Shown here piece by piece: positions 27,527 through 35,523 of a DNA stretch of 40,297 nucleotides (its first letter is position 1; every line of letters begins with the position of its first letter). This stretch comes from a virus. Its lineage: Duplodnaviria > Caudoviricetes. A program made the translations under genes and the position numbers. Below the pieces are notes generated by a model. It worked only from the letters and a program-made list of their open reading frames with translations, was not told the DNA's origin and searched no databases. The stretch is from positions 1 through 40,297 of IMG/VR virus record IMGVR_UViG_3300038406_000249; one strand, 5' to 3'.

Positions 27527-27898
27527 TTATTTGCTCCTGTCCTGAAATCCTGTTTGGCACAGCGGCACCTTAGGCAAGCCGCGTAAGCGTCTACAGGTTT
27601 TGATGATTGTGCGTTTGCTCAAGTCGCATCCGTCATTCGTGTATCTGTGAGCAATCGTCTGGGCCAGGTTCCCGTAGTGTCCATCCAGCGCGCGCCCAAC
27701 GATGTCTCGTAGATTGTTGTACCAGCGCTTTTCTTCCAGTTCCTTTTCTTTGGCTTCTCTCGCCATTCGCGCGTTGAACTCCGGGTCATGCTCATTGCGC
27801 ATAGCGTGCTGATAAAGCTCGAGCAGTAAAGGCTTATAGTCGGCATGTACACTAGCTAGCCTTCGCTTGGCATCGTCATCGAGATCATATTTTTTCAT
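27527..27898 (-). CDS. Hypothetical protein
   Basis: 123 aa directly downstream of the replication initiator. Confidence 0.6.
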   Translation of the reverse strand: MKKYDLDDDAKRRLASVHADYKPLLLELYQHAMRNEHDPEFNARMAREAKEKELEEKRWYNNLRDIVGRALDGHYGNLAQTIAHRYTNDGCDLSKRTIIKTCRRLRGLPKVPLCQTGFQDRSK

Positions 27899-28898
27899 CG
27901 GCTATCGCCTTTCTGAACCGTTCGCCGGCAGCGCTTTGTTTGGCGTTAGCCAGCGCGCGCCGAACCACCTCAGGCGTTAGACTCGACAAGCCCTTACTCT
28001 TGCCGTCAGTCCACCAAGGGTCATTCACGACGTGCCGTATCGCTCGCTCCAGCTGCTCCGGCTCATGACCAGCAGCCAACAGCGATACTACCGCTTGCAC
28101 TCCAGGGTCGCGCGAGTAGGACCCAAGAGTGGCGCCAGTTAGACCAGTAGCAATCGCAAAGGCCTCGGCGACCTGTTTTACCTCCGGCCACTCCTGCGGC
28201 TGCAGGTAGTTCCCGTAATCCCGTCCCTTGGCTTCGGTGTACTTCGCTCGCTCGAAGACCGGCAAACGAAGAGCAGATTCTAGGTCAGTAACCTCAGATT
28301 CTTTCCGACCCCCATTCCCCTCAATTCCTCCACCATCACCGCTGTCTTTATCCCCCACCTGGGCTATTGCGCGCGCGCTACCTGTCAGGTCTTTAGGATC
28401 TGCGGTAGCGGCTTTAGGATCTGATTTTAAGTCTAAGTCTGAGTCTGAGTCTGAGTCTGAGTCTGAGGTGGCATTTCGCTTGACCGTCAATTGACCGTCA
28501 ACTGTCAAGTTTGACGCGTTTGACACGATTGACTGTTGCTTTCGGCGAGCTCTCGATTCCTGCTGTTTTCTGCGGTTATAGGCTGTCTTGTCGGTATGAT
28601 TTTTAATGCCGCTGTAATCATCGTAGCTAACCATCACGTATCTGTAGCCCCCATCGTGAATAAGGCGTCTTCCCCCCTCTTTGGGGTTTCGACTACGCTC
28701 GTCAGGAGCTGTCAAAAATGTCAAAGCGTCATTGACACGTTCGATTGACGTCCCGATGGCCGTGGCTATTACCTGAGGATGTAGCTCAACGACCCCATCT
28801 ACAACGTGGGCAATGGCATACCCCCACACCGCAAAAACGTGCTCTCCAGACCCCACCATCGAGCCGGTGTACATAGACGTGAAGTGTCGTCCATACAT
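27885..28898 (-). CDS. Putative replication initiator (lambda O / DnaT-like architecture)
   Basis: ATG 28898 (TGATG overlap). N-terminal HTH-like region, 'YNRRKQQESRARRK' helix, SD-repeat linker and a C-terminal helical domain. Internal iteron-like repeats. Confidence 0.65.
   Translation of the reverse strand: MYGRHFTSMYTGSMVGSGEHVFAVWGYAIAHVVDGVVELHPQVIATAIGTSIERVNDALTFLTAPDERSRNPKEGGRRLIHDGGYRYVMVSYDDYSGIKNHTDKTAYNRRKQQESRARRKQQSIVSNASNLTVDGQLTVKRNATSDSDSDSDSDLDLKSDPKAATADPKDLTGSARAIAQVGDKDSGDGGGIEGNGGRKESEVTDLESALRLPVFERAKYTEAKGRDYGNYLQPQEWPEVKQVAEAFAIATGLTGATLGSYSRDPGVQAVVSLLAAGHEPEQLERAIRHVVNDPWWTDGKSKGLSSLTPEVVRRALANAKQSAAGERFRKAIADEKI
28437..28467 (+). repeat. (GAGTCT)n microsatellite encoding a Ser-Asp linker
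   Basis: gtct gagtct gagtct gagtct gagtct gag; the protein reads SDSDSDSDSD. Confidence 0.85.
28480..28535. promoter_or_regulatory. Candidate replication origin iterons
   Basis: TTGACCGTCAA twice in tandem (28480, 28491), then TGTCAA and TTGAC half-sites at 28511, 28520 and 28529, inside the initiator gene. Confidence 0.55.
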
Positions 28899-29071
28899 CA
28901 GCGCGCCCTCGCCTCGCTCGAGCACCGAGCTTCGCCGCTACAGCGAACGTCCGTATGCCAGTCCCGAGCGCACCGGAGGTCACAGAAGTCGCCGTCCGTC
29001 TCAGGCTCTCCGCACCACGGGCACCAGTCGATCTCCGGCACTTCAAACACCAGAAGTCCGACCTGAATCAC
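28898..29071 (-). CDS. Small Cys-rich (zinc-binding) hypothetical protein
   Basis: GTG 29071 with GGAGG RBS. CPWC...CDLRC. Confidence 0.5.
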   Translation of the reverse strand: MIQVGLLVFEVPEIDWCPWCGEPETDGDFCDLRCARDWHTDVRCSGEARCSSEARAR

Positions 29072-29538
29072 TAAAACCTCCAATCAGAGCGCAGACAGCC
29101 CTGGGCCTGTACCGGCGGTAGAGCTTTGTATTTGAGTCCGCACTCCCTGCATTTCGACCCTCTAACGCGCCACGAGAGATCAGCGCACGTGCCGCATGGG
29201 CCACGACCCTTTCCCCGTGGCGCCCGGCGACTGCGCTGACACAGCTTGCATCGTGATTGGAGAGTCGAGGAGCCCGCATAAATTCGGTAAAAGTGCGCTA
29301 GGTTCGCCGGCTTTATCTGCAGACACGCGCAACATCGCTTTGACCCTGCCGGTGCCGGCGGAAGCTTCCGCTGACACGCCTTCTCGCGACGTCGCTCCGT
29401 AGTCGCCCTGTTTTTGCAGGTTTGGCACTCACTGCGCCAGTTGCCCGAACTGTGACGAGTGTAGCGGTTGGTCCACTCACCGCATTTGGTACAGTGCTTC
29501 AGCGGCGGCTCTGCGGTTAAGTCGACGTAGTCAGCCAC
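29071..29538 (-). CDS. Multi zinc-ribbon protein
   Basis: Six CxxC motifs (CTKC, CQTC, CCAC, CKLC, CGTC, CREC). Confidence 0.65.
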   Translation of the reverse strand: MADYVDLTAEPPLKHCTKCGEWTNRYTRHSSGNWRSECQTCKNRATTERRREKACQRKLPPAPAGSKRCCACLQIKPANLAHFYRIYAGSSTLQSRCKLCQRSRRAPRGKGRGPCGTCADLSWRVRGSKCRECGLKYKALPPVQAQGCLRSDWRF

Positions 29539-30814
29539 AGGCCACCCCCATGTACTCAGCGGCCCGAAATAGCTCCCAACCAGCTAGGCTCAGTGACGCA
29601 TTTTCGAGGTTCCCAGGAGGGGACTGGCCCGGAGCAAAACCTCCTAAATCATCCCTGATCCCACCAAACAACGGCGCTTTCGTAAACCGCAGGTCTCGAG
29701 TTCGAGTCTCGAAGTTGGCTCCCTGGATTTCTGCTGGAATCGTGGCCGCCGGTAGCATGAGCGGGGAACTCGCCGGGAACACAGTGGCCGCGATGGCCAG
29801 CTTGTGGGTGTCGCGTAGCTTGCGTGCATATCTCTCGGTTACCGTGACGCTCGAGTGGCCCATGTGCTGGCACACCTCGTCCAGGCTCCACTTGCGGCCC
29901 CACCACCCGGCGAGAAGTGATGTCGCGCACGTGTGCCGTAGGTCATGCCACCGGATGCGACGGCCTATCCCTGCCGCCTCAACCCAGTCGTGCCAGCCCT
30001 TCGGCGCCTTGCCGTCCTGGCGCCTCCCTCCGCGCATCGCTGGCCAGACCCACTCCTTGCCAGTCGGAGCCAACGCTAATGCGTGTGCGGCTGGCTCAAG
30101 CAGATAGGCGACCCTCGGACGGCCACCCTTCGGGGGCTCACCATTAACCGATCGGCAAATCGTTACGTAGCCCACGCCAATGTCCTCGTGCTTGAGCCAC
30201 CATTGCTCAGCCTGGCGTAGCCCTACGAGCAAAGCGAACACCACGAGGGGCCGATGCTCTTGGGGAACGGCAGCAAGCAAGCGTTTCTGCTCGTCCGGGG
30301 ATAGAATGCCCTCAAGGTCATCCACGGCTTTCGCCGATGCCGATCTGTGAACCTTGACGTCACGGGCCGGGTTGGCCGAAAGGAGCTCTCGGTCGACCGC
30401 CTCGGCGAGTGCGACGCGTAGGAGGTTTAACGCGTTCTTGACCGTCTGATGTGCGCCCGTCTGCCCATCTAACCATTCAACAATATCTCGGCGACTCAGT
30501 GTCGATATCGCGAGCTGGCCAATTGGAGCCGCATCGATGCGAGCGTGCCATCGACTCCGGTCTTTCTTCCACGCTCGAACGCCCTTGCGAGCACGCCGTT
30601 GGAAGAACCCAATCGCAAACTGCGACAGGGTTAGGCCTGCACGTAATGCCCTCTCGTTGCGCACGATTGCGTAGGCATCCGCTGTCTCATCAGCCTCGGG
30701 CCTCGAGAGACCAGAGGCGACAGTGATGAGCTTGCCTTCTACGCGCGCCCTAACGCGGTACTTGCCAGTGCCTTTCGGGTGTTCTTCGACGTTCGCTTGC
30801 CCAGGTTTTCTCAC
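29531..30814 (-). CDS. int: Tyrosine integrase
   Basis: Catalytic R 'GLRQAE', H-x-x-R 'HDLRHT', 'MGHSSVTVTERYA', and SAM-like 'TVKNALNLLR...NPA'. Confidence 0.95.
   Translation of the reverse strand: MRKPGQANVEEHPKGTGKYRVRARVEGKLITVASGLSRPEADETADAYAIVRNERALRAGLTLSQFAIGFFQRRARKGVRAWKKDRSRWHARIDAAPIGQLAISTLSRRDIVEWLDGQTGAHQTVKNALNLLRVALAEAVDRELLSANPARDVKVHRSASAKAVDDLEGILSPDEQKRLLAAVPQEHRPLVVFALLVGLRQAEQWWLKHEDIGVGYVTICRSVNGEPPKGGRPRVAYLLEPAAHALALAPTGKEWVWPAMRGGRRQDGKAPKGWHDWVEAAGIGRRIRWHDLRHTCATSLLAGWWGRKWSLDEVCQHMGHSSVTVTERYARKLRDTHKLAIAATVFPASSPLMLPAATIPAEIQGANFETRTRDLRFTKAPLFGGIRDDLGGFAPGQSPPGNLENASLSLAGWELFRAAEYMGVACG
29678..29722 (+). mobile_element. attP: attP core: 3' half of tRNA-Thr(CGT), inside int
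   Basis: TTTCGTAA ACCGC AGGTC TCGAG TTCGAGT CTCGA AGTTGGC T CC reads as anticodon loop (CGT), 3' anticodon stem, variable loop, perfect T-arm, acceptor strand and discriminator. The 5' half is absent. Confidence 0.85.
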
Positions 30815-30981
30815 TGCACGACACCTTTCTTTCGTAGCCCTCGGCGTACACCGTCAATTGTCTCGCTGCTCGGCTGCGTCTTGACCGGCGCAATGTGTGG
30901 CTTGCGTCGCTTCGGCTCATCCTCGGCCTCGAAGGCTTCCGCGAGCTCACGAAGCAGTGCCGCTACGCGACGGCGGTTCAC
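30811..30981 (-). CDS. Small basic protein upstream of int (excisionase candidate)
   Basis: GTG 30981 overlaps the upstream TGA. 56 aa, basic, with its stop overlapping the int start. Confidence 0.45.
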   Translation of the reverse strand: MNRRRVAALLRELAEAFEAEDEPKRRKPHIAPVKTQPSSETIDGVRRGLRKKGVVQ

Positions 30982-31232
30982 GCCGCCCTCTTTGCCTCGA
31001 GCAGAATCAGCGCCTCGAGCGACCGGAGAGGGACAGCCCCGCGCTCCCACGCGCCGTAGCTCCGTACGCTCACGCCCAGACGCCTGGCAGCCTCCTCCTG
31101 ACTGATACCAGCTGAACACCGGGCGCGCCGTAATCGAGCGGCAGCGCGCTTCCTGGCGTCAGCACGAGGGGTCTGTACCTTGACGCCTCGTAACAGGCAG
31201 AGTGTCGTGACCGGTCGTGAGGAGTGAGACAT
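30978..31232 (-). CDS. XRE-family HTH regulator
   Basis: 'LRRARCSAGISQEEAARRLGVSVRSYGAWERG'. Start uncertain. Confidence 0.8.
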   Translation of the reverse strand: MSHSSRPVTTLCLLRGVKVQTPRADARKRAAARLRRARCSAGISQEEAARRLGVSVRSYGAWERGAVPLRSLEALILLEAKRAA

Positions 31233-31593
31233 GCGATTAATCTTTGCTGTGGTGGTGGTATTAGGCTGCGAAGAGGCGACGCCCGCGGAAGCCCCTCAGG
31301 GCACCGGAGGCATCGCTGGAACAGGCGGATTTACTGCGACAGGTGGCACCGCCGGAGAGCCAAGCGCTGGAGATTTTTGGGACGATTGCGCACCAGTAAG
31401 CAACTCGGCATACGAGCAATGCCCGGAGCTCGCGGAACGGATGGCGCCGGTACTCCCAGTCGTCCCACCGATCTGCCCAGACGGGCTCCTACGCTGCACA
31501 TTTCGGTGCGTAGACCAGCAACGCGAGCTGCTCTGTATCAGCCTCGGAGGCAAATGCTCACTGCCCGGCAGTCCTGCCGGCTGCCAGCCGTGA
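31231..31593 (+). CDS. Cys-rich lipoprotein (superinfection-exclusion candidate)
   Basis: RBS GAGGAG, signal peptide with lipobox 'VLGC', GTGG linker, 8 further Cys. Confidence 0.7.
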   Translation: MRLIFAVVVVLGCEEATPAEAPQGTGGIAGTGGFTATGGTAGEPSAGDFWDDCAPVSNSAYEQCPELAERMAPVLPVVPPICPDGLLRCTFRCVDQQRELLCISLGGKCSLPGSPAGCQP

Positions 31594-31594
31594 T

Positions 31595-31813
31595 TCATGC
31601 CGCATCGCCCTTGCTGGCACGCGCAGGCTCATCCCACAGGGTCCATCGGATACCGAGTATATCCTCGAGTTTTGCGCGAGTCTTAGAGGCCGGAAGCCGT
31701 CCCTTCAGCCAATTGGTAACGACAGCCTGAGATATGCCTAGCTTCTCGGCCAAACGGCGCTTAGCGCCGCGCTCCGAGAGCCGCTCGGCCAGTATTTGTG
31801 CGCCGCGATTCAT
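31595..31813 (-). CDS. Cro-like HTH repressor
   Basis: 'KRRLAEKLGISQAVVTNWLKG'. Divergent from the cI-like gene. Confidence 0.8.
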   Translation of the reverse strand: MNRGAQILAERLSERGAKRRLAEKLGISQAVVTNWLKGRLPASKTRAKLEDILGIRWTLWDEPARASKGDAA

Positions 31814-31886
31814 GCACTCTAGTAATCACCTAACGACAAGATTGTCAACAGGGCAATCGTTGCAGAACCTTGTCAGGCCGACAAGA
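31814..31886. promoter_or_regulatory. Divergent cro/cI control region with operator GACAA-N2-TTGTC and leftward -35 TTGACA
   Basis: GACAAGATTGTC at 31835-31846. On the minus strand TTGACA (31848-31843)-N16-ATTACT-N7-ATG. Confidence 0.7.
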
Positions 31887-32207
31887 ATGCAAATTATGAA
31901 GCCAAAGCCGGTCCCGTCAGCCATGAAGTCTTTGGGCAAGCGCGTGGAGTATCAGCGCGAACGCGCAGATCTAACCGTGACGGCCCTGGCGGCTCGTGCA
32001 GGGATGACGCCCGGAGCTATCAGCCGAATAGAGGACGGCTCTCGCGTGCCTGGTATTAAGGCGGCCACTGTGCTCAGGCTGGCGAACGCGTTGGGCTGCC
32101 CAGTGGGCTGGTTAATTGCCGACGAAGGTGACCCGGGACCGGTCCCAGTTTTCAGAGAAGCTGGAGACCGACGCAGAAAGTCCAACCGTAGCGAGAGCCC
32201 TGAGTAG
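31887..32207 (+). CDS. CI-like XRE repressor (no S24 peptidase domain)
   Basis: 'LGKRVEYQRERADLTVTALAARAGMTPGAISRIEDG...TVLRLANALGCPVGWL'. Start could be 31887, 31896 or 31923. Confidence 0.85.
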   Translation: MQIMKPKPVPSAMKSLGKRVEYQRERADLTVTALAARAGMTPGAISRIEDGSRVPGIKAATVLRLANALGCPVGWLIADEGDPGPVPVFREAGDRRRKSNRSESPE

Positions 32208-32391
32208 GTAGGGCCTCGAACCTATTACTACGGCCACCACCTCGTGCTCGTCCTCCAGATAGAGGGTGAGCCGCCAGGCCTGCTCGGCGTCATCCCATAC
32301 AATTAGGCCGCAAAATTCGGGCATAAGATCGCAGGCTAGCCCGGCCACTAGACCTGAGGACGACTATTTTCGTTGAGCTATCATTGTCTAC

Positions 32392-32425
32392 TTGACAAGT
32401 TTGTCGCGTTGACAATAATGGCTAC
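32392..32425 (+). promoter_or_regulatory. Rightward early promoter with overlapping operator
   Basis: TTGACA(32392)-N16-AATAAT(32414)-N6-ATG. Operator GACAAGTTTGTC at 32394-32405. Confidence 0.7.
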
Positions 32426-32596
32426 ATGGTTATCACAATCAAGTGCCGCCAGCTCAGCGACGGGGCCCTCGAGCTGGAATTGCGCCTGGAGGATAAGCCC
32501 CGACCAGTAATCGATACTGAGGGCATAGAGCTCCACGAGCCGCGCCCTCTCGCTAAGTGCGGGCAAGTAATCGAGCTCAGGCGGAAGGCAGTCTGA
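32426..32596 (+). CDS. Small early protein (56 aa; not in ORF track)
   Basis: MVITIKCRQLSDGALELELRLEDKPRPVIDTEGIELHEPRPLAKCGQVIELRRKAV. Its TGA overlaps the next ATG. Confidence 0.55.
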   Translation: MVITIKCRQLSDGALELELRLEDKPRPVIDTEGIELHEPRPLAKCGQVIELRRKAV

Positions 32597-32871
32597 TGAT
32601 TCCACGGGACGCATGCCGCGGTTGCCGCGACGACTTCTACAACGGGCGCCAGAATTTCGACGGCAGCACTCGCTGCTGGTCCGCCAAGGACGGCAAAATG
32701 GTCACGCGCTACCGTCTGCACTGGTGGGAACTGCCGACCAAACCAGGTGCATTCACCGAGGTCCACGTTCCCAGTTGTTACCACCAACCAGGTCAGTGTT
32801 CATATTACGACAAGCTGCCAACGTATGTCCGGGTTCAGGACGTTATCCGAGCGAAGAGGGGCTCGCTATGA
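32596..32871 (+). CDS. Hypothetical Cys-containing early protein
   Basis: MIPRDACRGCRDDFYNG..., coupled on both sides. Confidence 0.65.
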   Translation: MIPRDACRGCRDDFYNGRQNFDGSTRCWSAKDGKMVTRYRLHWWELPTKPGAFTEVHVPSCYHQPGQCSYYDKLPTYVRVQDVIRAKRGSL

Positions 32872-33221
32872 CCACCCTCCATATCGAGATAGTGTCGGCG
32901 CCAATCGGCCACGAGGATCTCGGAGCCTTCGCGACCGAGCTCGAAATCTCCTACACGCGTGAGACCGGGACCATCGAGGACGCCTGGTGGCTGCAGATCA
33001 GGTTCGAAGCCGGCCATCACTACCGCGCGATTCGCCGACCTATCCCCGTCGACCTCGCGTGGAGCCTGCTCGGAGGCAAGAGCGTCAGGGTAACCGACTA
33101 CATCGACAGGCTAGCTGACGAGGCTACGCAGCGGAGGGCAATCTATTGCCCGGGAGGATGCGGCGCGACGACAGACAACGAGTGCTCCTGTTGGCAGCAG
33201 GATGAGCGGGTGAGGTTATGA
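32868..33221 (+). CDS. Hypothetical early protein
   Basis: ATG 32868 (ATGA overlap). C-terminal CPGGC...CSC. Confidence 0.6.
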   Translation: MTTLHIEIVSAPIGHEDLGAFATELEISYTRETGTIEDAWWLQIRFEAGHHYRAIRRPIPVDLAWSLLGGKSVRVTDYIDRLADEATQRRAIYCPGGCGATTDNECSCWQQDERVRL

Positions 33222-33442
33222 TGTGTATCGACGAGCAGTGGCTGGCCACTCAGCAACGCCGCCAGCGTTACGCGATCGGCACCCGAGCGTTGTTACTCTA
33301 CCGTTCCGGTTACCGATTCAGCATCTCTCGGATCGATGACGGGTGGGCTGTCTCGTGTACGCACCCGGACGGCACATTGGACTCGATTTGGCGGCAGGAT
33401 GAATGGGATGCACTCAGTAATCTATTGCAGAGGCTGCAATGA
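33218..33442 (+). CDS. Hypothetical early protein
   Basis: 74 aa, GAGG RBS, overlaps on both sides. Confidence 0.6.
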   Translation: MMCIDEQWLATQQRRQRYAIGTRALLLYRSGYRFSISRIDDGWAVSCTHPDGTLDSIWRQDEWDALSNLLQRLQ

Positions 33443-33897
33443 ACACCAAAGCATTAAACGGTAAGCAGAACGAGTTAGCGCGCGCCCTTATCGCGGCCGA
33501 CATCGGCGAGGGAAGGCGCTGGCATAATGAATCATCGGCAGCTCGAGCAATGGGGATTGCTGAATCAACGCTGTGGAATTTCATGCACCCCGAGGCTCGT
33601 AAACGGCGCGGACTGCTACCAACGAGTCTTGGCGGGAAGTCGTTGACTGGCCTAATGACGGCAGCTCCGGAGCTCTATTACCAGGTCGTCGGTGTCGCCA
33701 TCACAAATGCACACCTCGACATCGTTCTGGCCGAATCGCTCGACATCATGCGTCGATACGGAGCGAGATGGGTCAGTGAGGTTATGAGTGTTCGTCAAAC
33801 GTGTGTCGGTGGCAAACTCATCCACCCATCAGAGTTGCCAACAGAAGAGCAGTTGGACGCGGTGCACGAGTGTTTATTGGAGGTCATCAATGGCTGA
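33439..33897 (+). CDS. HTH-containing hypothetical protein
   Basis: 'ESSAARAMGIAESTLWNFM' HTH-like pattern. Confidence 0.6.
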   Translation: MNTKALNGKQNELARALIAADIGEGRRWHNESSAARAMGIAESTLWNFMHPEARKRRGLLPTSLGGKSLTGLMTAAPELYYQVVGVAITNAHLDIVLAESLDIMRRYGARWVSEVMSVRQTCVGGKLIHPSELPTEEQLDAVHECLLEVING

Positions 33898-35326
33898 GTT
33901 AATACTAATCGATCTGTCGGGAATTTTCTGGGCTTCGTGGCACGCTACCATCGACCAAGAGGTTAGCGCCGCCTACGAAAATACGCTAGCGACCGTTCGC
34001 CGGCTCGCTCACGGCTACGAGCACGTCGCCGTCTGCATGGATGCGCCGCCATACCTGCGAAAAAAGCTGTGTCCCGAATACAAAGCGCAACGCGATGCAC
34101 CGGCGCCTCAGGCCATTGAGCAATTCAATCGTGTCAAACGCCGGCTCGCTGCAGACGGTTTCCTTCTCTGGTCGGTTGAGGGCTACGAAGCGGACGATGT
34201 GATCGCCACGGCGGTAACGCGCGCGATAGACGACCGGATGCCGGTGACAATTGCCAGCGGAGACAAGGATCTACTGCAGCTCGTGGACGACTCACTAGCC
34301 GTCCAGTTGCTCAAGCCGAGCGACGGCACCGTATTCCGCAACAAGGATGTGAGCGCCAAATTTGGCGTACCTCCATGGCAGATGCGGGACTTACTCGCTC
34401 TCATGGGCGACAGGTCCGACAACATACCAGGCGTGCCTGGCGTCGGACCTAAGACCGCTGCGAAGCTGCTACACGACTTTGATGATATCGATGGGCTGCT
34501 GCGTGAGCTAGAGACTCTACCGGCTGGCAAAGTACGGAGCTCGCTGGTAGAAAATGTCACTCAGCTAACGCTGTCGCGCAAGCTCGTGACGCTACACGAT
34601 AACGTGCCGATAAATTGGGAAGCATTATTTCAGGAGCGCGCACCGGAGAAACTGACGGAGGAAGATATGGGAGATATCGATGAAGCTGACGACATTGGAA
34701 AAACGGAGGAGGCGGCGCCCGCCGAAGTGATCGAGCACACTCTGATTCTGCCGGGTTGCAACGATCCAATACCCGAAGCAAAGCCTGACGCTCTGGCCGT
34801 CCGCGTAAATGTGGGCGGCGCGCAGGTGTTCGAGCAGGGTTTGCAGCCAGGCACATTGGGAGCCGCGTACAAGCTCGCGCGGGGGCTCTATGAGTCGCGG
34901 CTATACTCTCGCTTTCCAAATCCGGAGGCGATCTGGGCTGTCATTATCCGCGGTCGCGAGATGGGTCTTGGTGCCATGACAGCACTGGACTCATTTCACG
35001 TAATCGAGGGTAAACCGGCGCCGCATGCACACCTACTAATCTCTCGCGCAAAACAGCATCCAGACTGCGAGTATTTCGTTTACGTCGGTGGAGACAATAC
35101 CTACGCCGAGTACGAAACGAAACGTCGCAGCAACCCTAAGCCGACTTCGCTAAAGTACACGATCGCGCAAGCCGAAACCGCCGGTATCACAAAGAGTCCA
35201 AAGGGCAGAACAAACTGGGAGAAGCGGCCTGCAGAGATGCTGCGCAAAACCGCGGCCGTGCAACTCGCTCGGATCGAATATCCAGAGGCGCTGCTTGGGG
35301 CTTATGCTGTAGAGGAGCTCGAGTAA
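33890..35326 (+). CDS. Fusion of 5'-3' exonuclease (PolA-N / FEN family) and RecT/Red-beta-like single-strand annealing domain
   Basis: ATG 33890 with GGAGG RBS. Exonuclease motifs 'LIDLS', 'PEYKAQR', 'GYEADDVIAT', 'SGDKDLLQL', 'GDRSDNIPGVPGVGPKTA'. After an acidic linker: 'GREMGLGAMTALDSFHVIEGKP', 'WEKRPAEMLRKTA', 'YPEALLGAYAVEE'. Confidence 0.85.
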   Translation: MAELILIDLSGIFWASWHATIDQEVSAAYENTLATVRRLAHGYEHVAVCMDAPPYLRKKLCPEYKAQRDAPAPQAIEQFNRVKRRLAADGFLLWSVEGYEADDVIATAVTRAIDDRMPVTIASGDKDLLQLVDDSLAVQLLKPSDGTVFRNKDVSAKFGVPPWQMRDLLALMGDRSDNIPGVPGVGPKTAAKLLHDFDDIDGLLRELETLPAGKVRSSLVENVTQLTLSRKLVTLHDNVPINWEALFQERAPEKLTEEDMGDIDEADDIGKTEEAAPAEVIEHTLILPGCNDPIPEAKPDALAVRVNVGGAQVFEQGLQPGTLGAAYKLARGLYESRLYSRFPNPEAIWAVIIRGREMGLGAMTALDSFHVIEGKPAPHAHLLISRAKQHPDCEYFVYVGGDNTYAEYETKRRSNPKPTSLKYTIAQAETAGITKSPKGRTNWEKRPAEMLRKTAAVQLARIEYPEALLGAYAVEELE

Positions 35327-35328
35327 GC

Positions 35329-35523
35329 ATGAACGAGATCGTTAACGCAATCGTCCAGTACAGCGAAACGGCAGTGTCAGCTTTGAGGAACATGAAAGCC
35401 AAACGAAATACCAGTGAGCTCTCCCCCGGGCGCGCTACCGCGATTCACACGCTGGATAATCTCCGGAAAGATTGGGATGCCGCGACATCAGAACTCCGCG
35501 CCAAATACGAGGGATACGAATGA
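35329..35523 (+). CDS. Hypothetical protein
   Basis: 64 aa in the operon, with ATGA overlap to the next gene. Confidence 0.55.
   Translation: MNEIVNAIVQYSETAVSALRNMKAKRNTSELSPGRATAIHTLDNLRKDWDAATSELRAKYEGYE

Noticed and set aside
29678-29722. Functional tRNA gene
   Set aside because: Only the 3' half is present. The D-arm and 5' acceptor strand are missing and the anticodon stem is mismatched, so it is interpreted as attP.
32112-32614. Minus-strand ORFs 32112..32348 and 32381..32614
   Set aside because: They overlap the cI 3' end, the early promoter and a better-supported plus-strand gene. No recognisable motifs, although 32112..32348 cannot be fully excluded.
33890-34650. DNA polymerase I (polA)
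   Set aside because: Only the 5'-3' exonuclease domain is present. The C-terminus is annealase-like, with no polymerase motifs.
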